From contig JASFEA010000013.1 of assembly GCA_050125095.1 (NCBI GenBank), forward strand, positions 1-36,620: a DNA stretch of 36,620 nucleotides, written 5' to 3'. The notes beneath the pieces are model-generated. The model saw only the letters and a list, made by a program, of their open reading frames with translations, had not been told where the DNA came from and did not search any database. The position numbers were made by a program, and so were the translations under genes. Source of the DNA: a bacterium. Lineage in GTDB: Bacteria > Arandabacterota > Arandabacteria > Arandabacterales > JALGWA01. Shown one piece after another: positions 1 to 7,601 of this stretch (its first letter is position 1; every line of letters begins with the position of its first letter).

Positions 1-17
1 TCGTGCGCCTGAAGTAG
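1..17 (+). CDS. 3' end of an upstream gene (...VRLK*), truncated by the window edge
   Basis: Reads GTG CGC CTG AAG TAG, like the ends of the FlgD-Ig-type proteins in this window (VVLK*, NLVR*). Too short to be sure. Confidence 0.3.
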
Positions 18-137
18 ACGTGGCGCGCAAAACGACGTGACGCAGCACTGGGTGAGCCGGAGTTGGAGAAATGCCCCAGGCCCAGTGCTGTGTCACTTCC
101 ATGCCGTGCAACTTCCATGTATCGGCCAAATGCCCGC

Positions 138-169
138 TTGACGCTTTTTCTCAAAAATAGTATACTATT
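138..169 (+). promoter_or_regulatory. sigma70 promoter of the TrmB-family gene with an overlapping palindromic operator
   Basis: TTGACG (138-143), 17-bp spacer, TATACT (161-166). The perfect 14-bp palindrome AATAGTATACTATT (156-169) overlaps the -10. Confidence 0.75.
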
Positions 170-209
170 AATAGACTACTAATTAAGTCCCGGCAACGCG
201 GAGGGTCGA

Positions 210-1064
210 GTGGGCAGTCAGGCGAGCATACAGGCGCTTGAAGACCTCGGGTTCACAAGGGTCGAGTCGGAGGTCTATGTGTACCTGGTTCACTCCTCAC
301 CGGCCACGGGATACCAGATCGCCAAGGGTATCAACCGCACGCGGGGGGCCACCTACAAGGTGCTGGCCACGCTGGCGTCGAAGGGCGCCCTGGAGGTGGA
401 CAGCCAGAAGGGGAGCCAGTGGCGCGCCGTGCCGCCGGCGGAGTTCCTGAGCCAGCTTGAGCAGCGCTTCCTGAGGGGGAAGAAGAGGGCCAATGAAGCC
501 CTTAAGGCGCTTGAGCCGCCTGCTCCGGATTACCGGATCTATCAGCTCCAGACCGTTGACCAGGTCTATGAGCGGGCGCGGACCATGCTCGCGTCCTGTG
601 AGGAGTTCGCGCTGGTCGACGTCTTCCCACTTGCCCTGGACAAGTTGCGCGGGGACATTGAGGCGGCTATCGCGCGGGGCAAGAAAGTGGCGATAGACGT
701 CTATGCTCCTGACAGGATCCCGGGCGCGCGCATGACCCACACCTATGAGGGCTTCGGATTCCTCGAGCATGTCCCCGCCAACTGGATAACGGTCTCGACA
801 GACGGAGAGGAGCTGCTGCTCGCGGTGCTTACACCGGATGACGACCGCGTTCTGCAGGCCACCTGGTCGGCGAACACCTTCCTGGCCCGCACCCTGGCGG
901 CATATCTCAGGCATTCGTTCCTCGCCGAGGATTTCATATCGCTGATGGAGGCCGGCGCTGGCCTTGAGAAGATAAAGGCAAGGTACAGGTCTCATTTCAA
1001 GTTCATAAAGCCTTTCAGCTCACCCGGATTCCGGCATATGAAAGATGAGCTGAGTCAGAAGTAG
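210..1064 (+). CDS. TrmB family transcriptional regulator
   Basis: N-terminal wHTH (LEDLGFTRVESEVYVYL..SPATGYQIAK...RGATYKVLATLASKG...AVPP) followed by a PLD-like effector domain; GTG start with GGAGG RBS. Confidence 0.9.
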   Translation: MGSQASIQALEDLGFTRVESEVYVYLVHSSPATGYQIAKGINRTRGATYKVLATLASKGALEVDSQKGSQWRAVPPAEFLSQLEQRFLRGKKRANEALKALEPPAPDYRIYQLQTVDQVYERARTMLASCEEFALVDVFPLALDKLRGDIEAAIARGKKVAIDVYAPDRIPGARMTHTYEGFGFLEHVPANWITVSTDGEELLLAVLTPDDDRVLQATWSANTFLARTLAAYLRHSFLAEDFISLMEAGAGLEKIKARYRSHFKFIKPFSSPGFRHMKDELSQK

Positions 1065-1145
1065 AGCCGGTGCTTCAGAAATCCCCTGTTTGAATACCCC
1101 TGTGAGGAATAGAAGCGATAAGTATTCGATTGGAAGGAGGACGGA

Positions 1146-1814
1146 ATGAGGTTCTTGCTATCTCTTCTTGTGATCCTGGTCGTTTCGGCGCTCGCGATCT
1201 CGCAGGCGGGTTCGTTTCGGCCGGGTGCGGCCCCCGCGGCCGCCTCAAACGGCGATCCCGGAGAGGTCAAGGCGCTTATCATGGTCGCGAACCACTACGG
1301 GGCCAACTACAATCTCATCCGTGACGTAATGGAGCTCTACGGCTGGGACATTACGACGGTAGGCGTTACGCCCAAGGTGTCCCCGTGCTACTACGGCGAC
1401 TCGATCACGGTGGACACGCTGGTCACCGAAATAGCGGATGTCTCTTATTACGACGTGCTGCTTATCAGCACTTCGAGGATTATCCAGACCGGCGGTTCCC
1501 ATGCCCAGCTTCTCGCCAGCCCCGAGGCGCTCGATCTCGTGGCTCAGGCGGCGTCCGAGAGCCTCCTCGTCGTGGCCCTGTGCGGCGGCCCGAGGGTGCT
1601 TGCGGCTGCCGGCGTAATAAACGGCGTGACGGTGACGGGCAAGGAGGAATACCTCCAGGAGTACCTGGATGCCGGGGCGATCTGGGCGGGCGAATCGGAT
1701 ACGCCCTTAATGGACGGCAACTTCATAACCAGCCTCAGAAACCAGCTCAACAGCAGGCGCCTGTGCGAGATGATTCGCACATATGTAGCCGAGAAACGCG
1801 CAGGCGCGAAATGA
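1146..1814 (+). CDS. DJ-1/PfpI (class I GATase-like) family protein with N-terminal signal peptide
   Basis: Motifs YDVLLI, VVALCGGPRVLAAAGVING..VTG and DGNFITS; hydrophobic leader MRFLLSLLVILVVSALA; AGGAGG RBS. Confidence 0.85.
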   Translation: MRFLLSLLVILVVSALAISQAGSFRPGAAPAAASNGDPGEVKALIMVANHYGANYNLIRDVMELYGWDITTVGVTPKVSPCYYGDSITVDTLVTEIADVSYYDVLLISTSRIIQTGGSHAQLLASPEALDLVAQAASESLLVVALCGGPRVLAAAGVINGVTVTGKEEYLQEYLDAGAIWAGESDTPLMDGNFITSLRNQLNSRRLCEMIRTYVAEKRAGAK

Positions 1815-1846
1815 CGCGCGACCCGCGAACCGCAGAAAGGAGAAAG

Positions 1847-3322
1847 ATGATGAAGAAGTCAATCCTTGTCTTCTGCCTCGGTGTTCTCGTCGCGGGCGCG
1901 GCGAGCGCCGAACTCGATACGCTCTGGATCAGGACTTACGGGGGGCCGGGCAACGACGGCTTCCGCTCGGCGATACCGACCGCGGACGGCGGGGCGCTGG
2001 CCGTCGGTTACACCCACTCCATGGGGCCGGCCGACGTGAATGTGTTCGCAGTCAGGACGGACGCCGACGGGGACACGCTGTGGGCCCGGGCCTACGGGGG
2101 CGCGGGGATGGATTACGGTTACGGCGTCTGCGAGGCGCATGGCGGCGGATACATAATAACCGGATACACAACGTCGTTCGGGGCCGGCGCGGAAGACGTT
2201 TATCTCATAAAGATAGACTCGGACGGCGACACGGTCTGGACGCGCACCTACGGCGGCAGCGAGCCCGATGAGGGCCTTTCCGTATGCGCCACCAGCGACG
2301 GCCAGTATGCCGTTTCCGGGCGGACCGACTCCTACGGCTCGGGCTACTGCGACCTCTATCTCCTCAAGGTGGATGGCGCCGGCGACACGGCGTGGACGCG
2401 CGTATACGGCGACAGCCTGTACGATTGGGGCCAGAGCGTCTGCGAAACCGGCGACGGCAATATAGGCATATGCGGGTCCAAGTGGGGCGATTCCGATAAT
2501 ATGGATATTTATGTGCTCAAGGTGACGCCGTCCGGCAGCCTCGTCTGGGACGATACTTACGGCGACACGGGCTCTATTAACCCCGACTGGGGCAATTGGG
2601 TCATAGCAAGGAGTGATACGGAGATGGTGGTTGCCACCTTCCGGGCGATTGAGGGGCGCGATCCTCTGGACGCCGGATTCCTCAGGGTTAGGCTGGACGG
2701 CGCGAGCCTGGGATACAGGCGATACATCAGTTCGTATTATCAGCGCTGCAATTCCATCTGCATGACGCCCGAGGACGGGTTCATGCTCTGCGGCTATGAC
2801 AAAGAGCCCACTTACCAGACGAATGACCTGCTCCTCATAAAGCGGGTCCCGGGAAGCGGCTGGGTATGGGAGCAGACCTTCGGCGGCGCGGGCTCCGACT
2901 GGGGGAACTCCATAGTACACCTGGGCGGGGGTTATTACCTCGTCTCGGGCCAGACCGGGTCGACCCCCGCGGGGGACTACGACGCCTGGCTGCTCATGCT
3001 CAAAGAGCCAGAGGCCGGCGTCCCCGCCGGCAGCCGGAAGGCGGAGCTGCCTCACCTCGCCGTTCCCGGTCCCAACCCGGTCTCGGCGTCTACGACCGTG
3101 CGCTTCGACCTTCCCGAAGCCATGGGAGTCCAGGTCGCCGTCTATGACGTATCGGGCCGTATGGTCGCGTTGCTTGCCCGTGGGCATCTGGAGGCGGGCG
3201 CCCACGCGAGCATGTGGGACGGCAATAATCTCGAGGGACGCCCCGTGAGCCCGGGTGTCTATCTCGTCACCTTAAGCGCGGGCGAATATACGGCCACGAG
3301 GAAAGCCGTTGTATTGAAATGA
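1847..3322 (+). CDS. Secreted beta-propeller repeat protein with C-terminal FlgD-Ig/T9SS type A-like domain
   Basis: Signal peptide MKKSILVFCLGVLVAGAASA after an AGGAG RBS; repeats of (D)GDT.W.R.YGG...D.G; C-terminal PNP...TVRFDLP...VAVYDVSGRMV..L...WDG..GRPVSPGVY...TRKAVVLK. The ORF-track start at 1385 overlaps the previous gene. Confidence 0.9.
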   Translation: MMKKSILVFCLGVLVAGAASAELDTLWIRTYGGPGNDGFRSAIPTADGGALAVGYTHSMGPADVNVFAVRTDADGDTLWARAYGGAGMDYGYGVCEAHGGGYIITGYTTSFGAGAEDVYLIKIDSDGDTVWTRTYGGSEPDEGLSVCATSDGQYAVSGRTDSYGSGYCDLYLLKVDGAGDTAWTRVYGDSLYDWGQSVCETGDGNIGICGSKWGDSDNMDIYVLKVTPSGSLVWDDTYGDTGSINPDWGNWVIARSDTEMVVATFRAIEGRDPLDAGFLRVRLDGASLGYRRYISSYYQRCNSICMTPEDGFMLCGYDKEPTYQTNDLLLIKRVPGSGWVWEQTFGGAGSDWGNSIVHLGGGYYLVSGQTGSTPAGDYDAWLLMLKEPEAGVPAGSRKAELPHLAVPGPNPVSASTTVRFDLPEAMGVQVAVYDVSGRMVALLARGHLEAGAHASMWDGNNLEGRPVSPGVYLVTLSAGEYTATRKAVVLK

Positions 3323-3350
3323 GTCATCGGACAATGGAATATTGAACGTG

Positions 3351-3517
3351 GACGCGGTGGCGCTCAACAGGGGGGGCGTCGCCGCGGCCCGTCGAATGGT
3401 TGGAGGGGGGCAAGGGGCCAGACCTGCAGCCGCCCGACTTGGCTGAATACCACGGGACTGGCGTTGCTGGTGTAGTCAGGCAAGCATGTAAGGCGTTGCA
3501 GGCCCCCTCCAATCATT
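3351..3517 (+). ncRNA. Candidate structured RNA or long palindromic element (two hairpins, unassigned)
   Basis: 12-bp hairpin 3354-3365/3374-3385 with 3 G:U pairs. Then a ~123-nt rod: 3395-3409/3503-3517 (15 bp, 1 G:U), 3423-3434/3492-3502, 3438-3446/3476-3484, 3447-3452/3468-3473. Confidence 0.45.
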
Positions 3518-3585
3518 GTTAATATAACCCGCCGGGCCGTCAGGCCGGATAAGTTTTTCAATTTCCAGACACGGGAACCTCAATC

Positions 3586-4596
3586 GTGGAAAAGCGCATT
3601 ACGGAGAGATACAGCGACGGAATATTGAAAGACGCCATGGGCCGCTATGGAATCGCCGACGGCCGCATTCGTCTTCTCGACGGCTTCGAAAGCTACATGT
3701 ACGAATTCGATCGGGAAGACGGCGAATACATACTCCGCGTCGGCCACAGCATAAGGCGAAGCGAGGACATGATCAACGGCGAGGTGGACTTCATAAACTA
3801 CCTGGCCCGCGGCGGCGCCTCCGTGGCGCGCGCCATAAGGTCGGAGCGCGGCCTGCTGGTGGAGCCGGTCGATGACGGCCGCGGCGGACGATTCCTTGCG
3901 ACGGCCTTCGTAAGGGCGAAGGGAAGGCGCCCGCATGAGGCCGGCTGGACGCCCGAGCTCTATGCGACGTACGGCCGACTCATAGGAAAGATGCACGCCC
4001 TCAGCAGGTCATATGAGCCTCCCGGGCCCGCCTGGCGAAGGCCCGAATGGGACCATCCGATGATGCTGGAGGTGGAGAGATTCGTGCCGCCAGCCCAGAC
4101 GCGGGTTATGGAGAGATACGCCGATGTGCTCGAGCACCTGAGACGGCTGCCCAGGGGCGGCGAGTCATACGGCCTCATTCACCAGGACGCGCATGGAGGC
4201 AACTTCTTCGTCGATGAGAGGGGCAATATAACCCTGTTCGACTTCGACGACTGCGTCTACGCGTGGTACGTGTATGATATCGCCATGGTCGTGTTCTACA
4301 TGATCGTGGGCAAGGACGACCCGGCCGGGCTGACGGGGGAGTTCATGTCGCATTTCCTCCCGGCTTATGCCGCCGAATGCAGTATGCAGAGCCGCTGGCT
4401 TGAAGAGATACCTTATTTCCTCAAGCTGCGCGAGATCGACCTCTACGCGGTAATACACCGGAGCTTCGACGTCGACAATCTTGATGATCCCTGGTGCAGA
4501 CGCTACATGGAAGGCAGGCGGGAGAGGATAGAAGAGGGTGTCCCTTTCGTCGATTTCAGTTTTCCGGACCTTGAAGTCCACCTGCGCCAGCGTTAG
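3586..4596 (+). CDS. Aminoglycoside phosphotransferase / homoserine kinase type II family kinase
   Basis: Brenner motif YGLIHQDAHGGNFF followed by LFDFDD; YILRV...GEVDFINYL N-lobe. Confidence 0.9.
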   Translation: MEKRITERYSDGILKDAMGRYGIADGRIRLLDGFESYMYEFDREDGEYILRVGHSIRRSEDMINGEVDFINYLARGGASVARAIRSERGLLVEPVDDGRGGRFLATAFVRAKGRRPHEAGWTPELYATYGRLIGKMHALSRSYEPPGPAWRRPEWDHPMMLEVERFVPPAQTRVMERYADVLEHLRRLPRGGESYGLIHQDAHGGNFFVDERGNITLFDFDDCVYAWYVYDIAMVVFYMIVGKDDPAGLTGEFMSHFLPAYAAECSMQSRWLEEIPYFLKLREIDLYAVIHRSFDVDNLDDPWCRRYMEGRRERIEEGVPFVDFSFPDLEVHLRQR

Positions 4597-4607
4597 GCTG
4601 ATCTTGT

Positions 4608-4958
4608 ATGGAACAGTCGCGGTTCATCGGAGAAGAGATAGAAGTGCAATTCGACACCCCCCCCGCTCTCGAGAAGAAGCCCGGCCCGCCCGACCGCTTC
4701 GCCTGGGGCGGAGAGACTTATGAAATCGAAGAGGTTATGAGCGAGTGGCATGATTTCACGCGAAGGGGCAGGATGGCGCGCAACATGCGGCCTGACCACG
4801 CCCTGGCGGCGGCGCGCAGGGGCTCCTGGGGAGTCGGGCGGGATTACTTCAGGGTGAGGGCCGCGGGCCGTGTTTTTGACATCTACTACGATCGCTCGCC
4901 CCGGACCGCCTCGGGGAGGAAGGGAATGTGGATTCTCTTCCGCGAGATGATGGGCTGA
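4608..4958 (+). CDS. DUF6504-like protein (resembles the C-terminal domain of ImuB/Y-family-associated proteins)
   Basis: PPDRFAWGGETYEIEEVMSEW...RDYFRVR..GRVFDIYYDR...W pattern. Confidence 0.7.
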   Translation: MEQSRFIGEEIEVQFDTPPALEKKPGPPDRFAWGGETYEIEEVMSEWHDFTRRGRMARNMRPDHALAAARRGSWGVGRDYFRVRAAGRVFDIYYDRSPRTASGRKGMWILFREMMG

Positions 4959-4968
4959 TCGAGGCCGT

Positions 4969-5208
4969 ATGAGAAAGCTCCGTACGTACAGGTTCAGACT
5001 CAATATCCTCAAGCAGGAGTACCTGTCCTATTATGCCGGGTCGGCGAGGTGGGTGGTCGCCAGGGCCTTCGAGGGCGAGACCGTCCGCTTCCCAGCTTCC
5101 TTCCTCCGGGAGTTCGTCTCGGAGGACGGCGTGCTGGGCTTCTTCGAGATGGTGGTAGACGAAAACGACAAGCTTGTATCCCTCAAGAGACTCGCGCCGC
5201 CTGACTGA
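4969..5208 (+). CDS. DUF2835 family protein
   Basis: FRLNI...YLSYYAGSA..VVARA.EG.TVRFPA..LR.FVSEDGV.G.F...DEN.KLVSL.RL; 79 aa. Confidence 0.8.
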   Translation: MRKLRTYRFRLNILKQEYLSYYAGSARWVVARAFEGETVRFPASFLREFVSEDGVLGFFEMVVDENDKLVSLKRLAPPD

Positions 5209-5283
5209 TGGGCAGCATGCCGCGGCCGGCCCCGTAATTGGGTCAGGTCGCCCAGACCTGGGGAAATTGGCCCGATTCGGATC

Positions 5284-5387
5284 TGTTTTTATATCAAGTA
5301 AAACATCATGCACTCTATATAATTGCTTGTGAAATAAAGTTTTAGGCCTTCTGTATTTTCTATCACTCCTCTGGCATGTCGCCTGCA
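5284..5387 (+). promoter_or_regulatory. sigma54 (-24/-12) promoter with upstream AT-rich tract and palindromic putative enhancer
   Basis: TGGCATGTCGCCTGCA at 5372-5387 has the required GG-N10-GC spacing; TGTTTT-N10-AAAACA palindrome at 5284-5305; intervening AT-rich stretch in GC-rich DNA. Confidence 0.65.
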
Positions 5388-5492
5388 ATTACATCTTGCC
5401 GGAAATAGAGTAACTGCTCCTCGGAGACGCCTGACAGGCGGAGCCGATTCGGGAGCGGCAGGCAAAAAGAAATGTACCAGAGGAGGTACAGG

Positions 5493-6062
5493 ATGAAGAA
5501 GTGGGTTATAGCGATAGCCGTACTGGCCACGATGGTATTCGCGGCTCAGGCCTTTGCCCTGGAGCGGAATTACTTCCCCTCATCGGGCGACCTCAATGAC
5601 CTTCCCCATGACAAGTACTACACCTGGGGCGTCGACATCTCGGAGTTTGCGGGCTACAACATCTATGAAGTCATTCTGTCGATATACACCATCAGCAATT
5701 GGGACAACAGTGAGAACCACCTTTACCTTCATCTTCTCGATGACGCCCCTCTCGGTGTGACACAGGGGTCGGACAATGACGACGTATTTGTCGACGCGTT
5801 CGCCGGCCAGGGCGCCTTCATCGATGACTGGCAGGACCTCAATGGCAAGTACGCGCATGAGGACCTTCACTATGAGTTCTCCAAGATCGACGCGCTCATG
5901 GACTCGGTCGGGTTGTACCGGGCAAACAATGTAATCGCCATAGGGTTCGATCCGGATTGCCATTTCTACAATTGCTATATTCAGCTCACGGTAAAGGGCG
6001 AGCCGCCAAACGCGGTTGAGCCCACGTCCTGGGGCGAGATCAAGGCGCGGTTCCAGGAGTAA
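5493..6062 (+). CDS. Secreted protein with PEP-CTERM-associated-type domain and C-terminal WGxIK motif
   Basis: AGGAGG RBS at 5481-5486; signal peptide MKKWVIAIAVLATMVFAAQAFA; DLNDLPHDKYYTWG...GFDPDCHFYN domain; ends AVEPTSWGEIKARFQE. Confidence 0.85.
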   Translation: MKKWVIAIAVLATMVFAAQAFALERNYFPSSGDLNDLPHDKYYTWGVDISEFAGYNIYEVILSIYTISNWDNSENHLYLHLLDDAPLGVTQGSDNDDVFVDAFAGQGAFIDDWQDLNGKYAHEDLHYEFSKIDALMDSVGLYRANNVIAIGFDPDCHFYNCYIQLTVKGEPPNAVEPTSWGEIKARFQE

Positions 6063-6084
6063 CATAGGCAGTACTCCCCGCTCG

Positions 6085-6115
6085 AAGGGGCGCCCTCACG
6101 GGCGTCCCTTTTTTT
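6085..6115 (+). terminator. Rho-independent terminator
   Basis: AAGGGGCGCCC-TCAC-GGGCGTCCCTT stem-loop followed by a T run. Confidence 0.85.
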
Positions 6116-6288
6116 GTGTCCGCCCGCCGATATTCAGGTATTCCCACAGAGGGGCATCGTGGGTATAGTGCGGGTGAAGACGGGCAGCGTGCGTCTGACC
6201 TCAGCAGTAAATCCCCTGTAAAGACAACGCCGGTCGGATGCGGCGGATGGCAAAGGACGGGCTTCGACCGCGCATGGAGAAGAATGCG

Positions 6289-6540
6289 ATGGATACTCTT
6301 GACATAGAATATTATGCCGGCGGCAGTCGGGTGCGGTCCCGCGGACCTCTGAACTCCTACTACGAGTATGGGTGTTCGGTCTGCGAAACTCCTGATAGTG
6401 CCTTCCTCGTCTGCGGGACCCCTTCAGAAACGGCAGCGGTTGCTCCGCCCGAGCGGCGGCCAGGCCGTGATTGCCGCCGGCGCCTTATGACTTCTCGGAA
6501 GAGGCCAGGGCAGGGGGATGGAAACTGTAATCGGACTTGA
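6289..6540 (+). CDS. Putative small Cys-containing protein (CxxC-x9-C)
   Basis: ATG after GGAG; MDTLDIEYYAGG...YYEYGCSVCETPDSAFLVCG; downstream of a TTCCCA-17-TATAGT promoter-like site (6141-6169); overlaps the permease start by 23 nt. No family recognised. Confidence 0.35.
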   Translation: MDTLDIEYYAGGSRVRSRGPLNSYYEYGCSVCETPDSAFLVCGTPSETAAVAPPERRPGRDCRRRLMTSRKRPGQGDGNCNRT

Positions 6541-7540
6541 CGGCGAGAAGGGGCTCTCCCGGACCGGGAATTTGAAACGGAACCTGATAAGGTCCAGCCT
6601 GATCGGGGGCGCCGTCCTCTGGGCTGCCGATATCGTTTACAGGGCAGCAGCGGACATCTCGTACGTCAACAGACAAAAGTGCATCCTCTTCAGAATCCTT
6701 CCCCGCCCTGGCTTCCTCGCATATGAGTACCTCATTGAGACGCTTATCATCGTTTTCGTGGGGACGTTTATAGCCGTGCTCATCGCGCGGCAGTCCAGCA
6801 GGCTCAAGCGCTTCCTTCCCGGCAATCCGGTGACGGCCTTTCTCTACGGCTCGCTTATCCCGGTATGCTCCTGCGCCGCCATTCCCCTTCTCTCTTCGAT
6901 GAAGGGAAAGATGAGATTCCAGACCACCATGTCTTTCGTGCTGGCCGCGCCCCTCCTGAGCCCGTACATAATTGTGCTCTCGTTCTCGGTCCTGGGCTTA
7001 AAGTACGGTGTGCTGAGAATACTCTCATCCTTCGTGCTGGTTGTACTTACGGCAGTCGTGCTGGGTGCGTTCGAAAGGAGAAGTAAGTCCCCGGAGGCCG
7101 GCGCTCTGGCCGGAGGGTGCTCCAAATCCTGCGGCCCCCGGGAGAGCGACATCTACCTCCAGACCTTCGCCGTCTTCAAGGGTCTGCTGCCTTTCCTGCT
7201 GGCTGCCGGCGCGCTGGGTATGGCCCTTGAGTACTTCGGCACGCGCGATCTGATGCTGTACGGGCTCTTCGGCAAAGGCGCGGCCGGTATAGCCGGATGG
7301 ATCCTGGTGGGCGTGCCCTTCTATTTCTGCAACGGGGCCGAAGTGCTGTTCCTCAGGCCGCTCATGAACCACGGCTTTCCGGTCGGCACCGGTATAGCCT
7401 TCTCGCTCACCTCCACTGCCATATGCACAACGTCGATAGCGATGCTCTTCAGGATGATCGGCTTGAAGCTGACCCTCATCCTCATAGGATGCACGGTGAG
7501 CATTTCATTCGGCCTCGCCCTCATCATCAACCACCTGTAG
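6518..7540 (+). CDS. ArsP/DUF318 family permease
   Basis: Two homologous halves with PVCSCAAIP and YFCNGAEV motifs, FVLAAPLLSP, about 8 TM segments, and a central GGCSKSC loop. Confidence 0.85.
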   Translation: METVIGLDGEKGLSRTGNLKRNLIRSSLIGGAVLWAADIVYRAAADISYVNRQKCILFRILPRPGFLAYEYLIETLIIVFVGTFIAVLIARQSSRLKRFLPGNPVTAFLYGSLIPVCSCAAIPLLSSMKGKMRFQTTMSFVLAAPLLSPYIIVLSFSVLGLKYGVLRILSSFVLVVLTAVVLGAFERRSKSPEAGALAGGCSKSCGPRESDIYLQTFAVFKGLLPFLLAAGALGMALEYFGTRDLMLYGLFGKGAAGIAGWILVGVPFYFCNGAEVLFLRPLMNHGFPVGTGIAFSLTSTAICTTSIAMLFRMIGLKLTLILIGCTVSISFGLALIINHL

Positions 7541-7601
7541 TCGGGTCCGGGAGATTACGGGCTTGCCCGGACCGCCGGCTTCTGCTAATACGTTTAATAA
7601 G

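Noticed and set aside
1385-1846. 154-aa N-terminal extension of the propeller protein in the ORF track
   Set aside because: It overlaps the DJ-1/PfpI gene in another frame and is Arg/Gly-rich; the RBS and signal peptide indicate a start at 1847.
1859-3205. Long antisense ORFs (also 9484-10431 +, 10735-11535 +, 11477-13021 -, 15941-16825 -, 35299-36249 -)
   Set aside because: These are shadow ORFs opposite well-supported genes, expected in GC-rich DNA; they have no recognisable motifs.
3395-3517. tRNA-Sec, SRP, 6S or tmRNA identity for the long hairpin
   Set aside because: No TTCA anticodon arm or GGTTCGA T-loop, no SRP helix-8 motif, shorter than 6S and without its central bubble, and no tmRNA ends. 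Kept only as an unassigned structure.
6172-6181. GGGTGAAGAC resembling part of a SAM-IV riboswitch upstream of the metF cluster
   Set aside because: The other core elements (the AUGAG/AUCAAGAG start and GGCAACC) are absent.
6314-6517. In-frame upstream extension of the permease through two TGA codons (6350, 6488) as possible Sec read-through
   Set aside because: The translated sequence is not protein-like, there is no redox motif around either TGA, and no convincing SECIS is present at the expected spacing.
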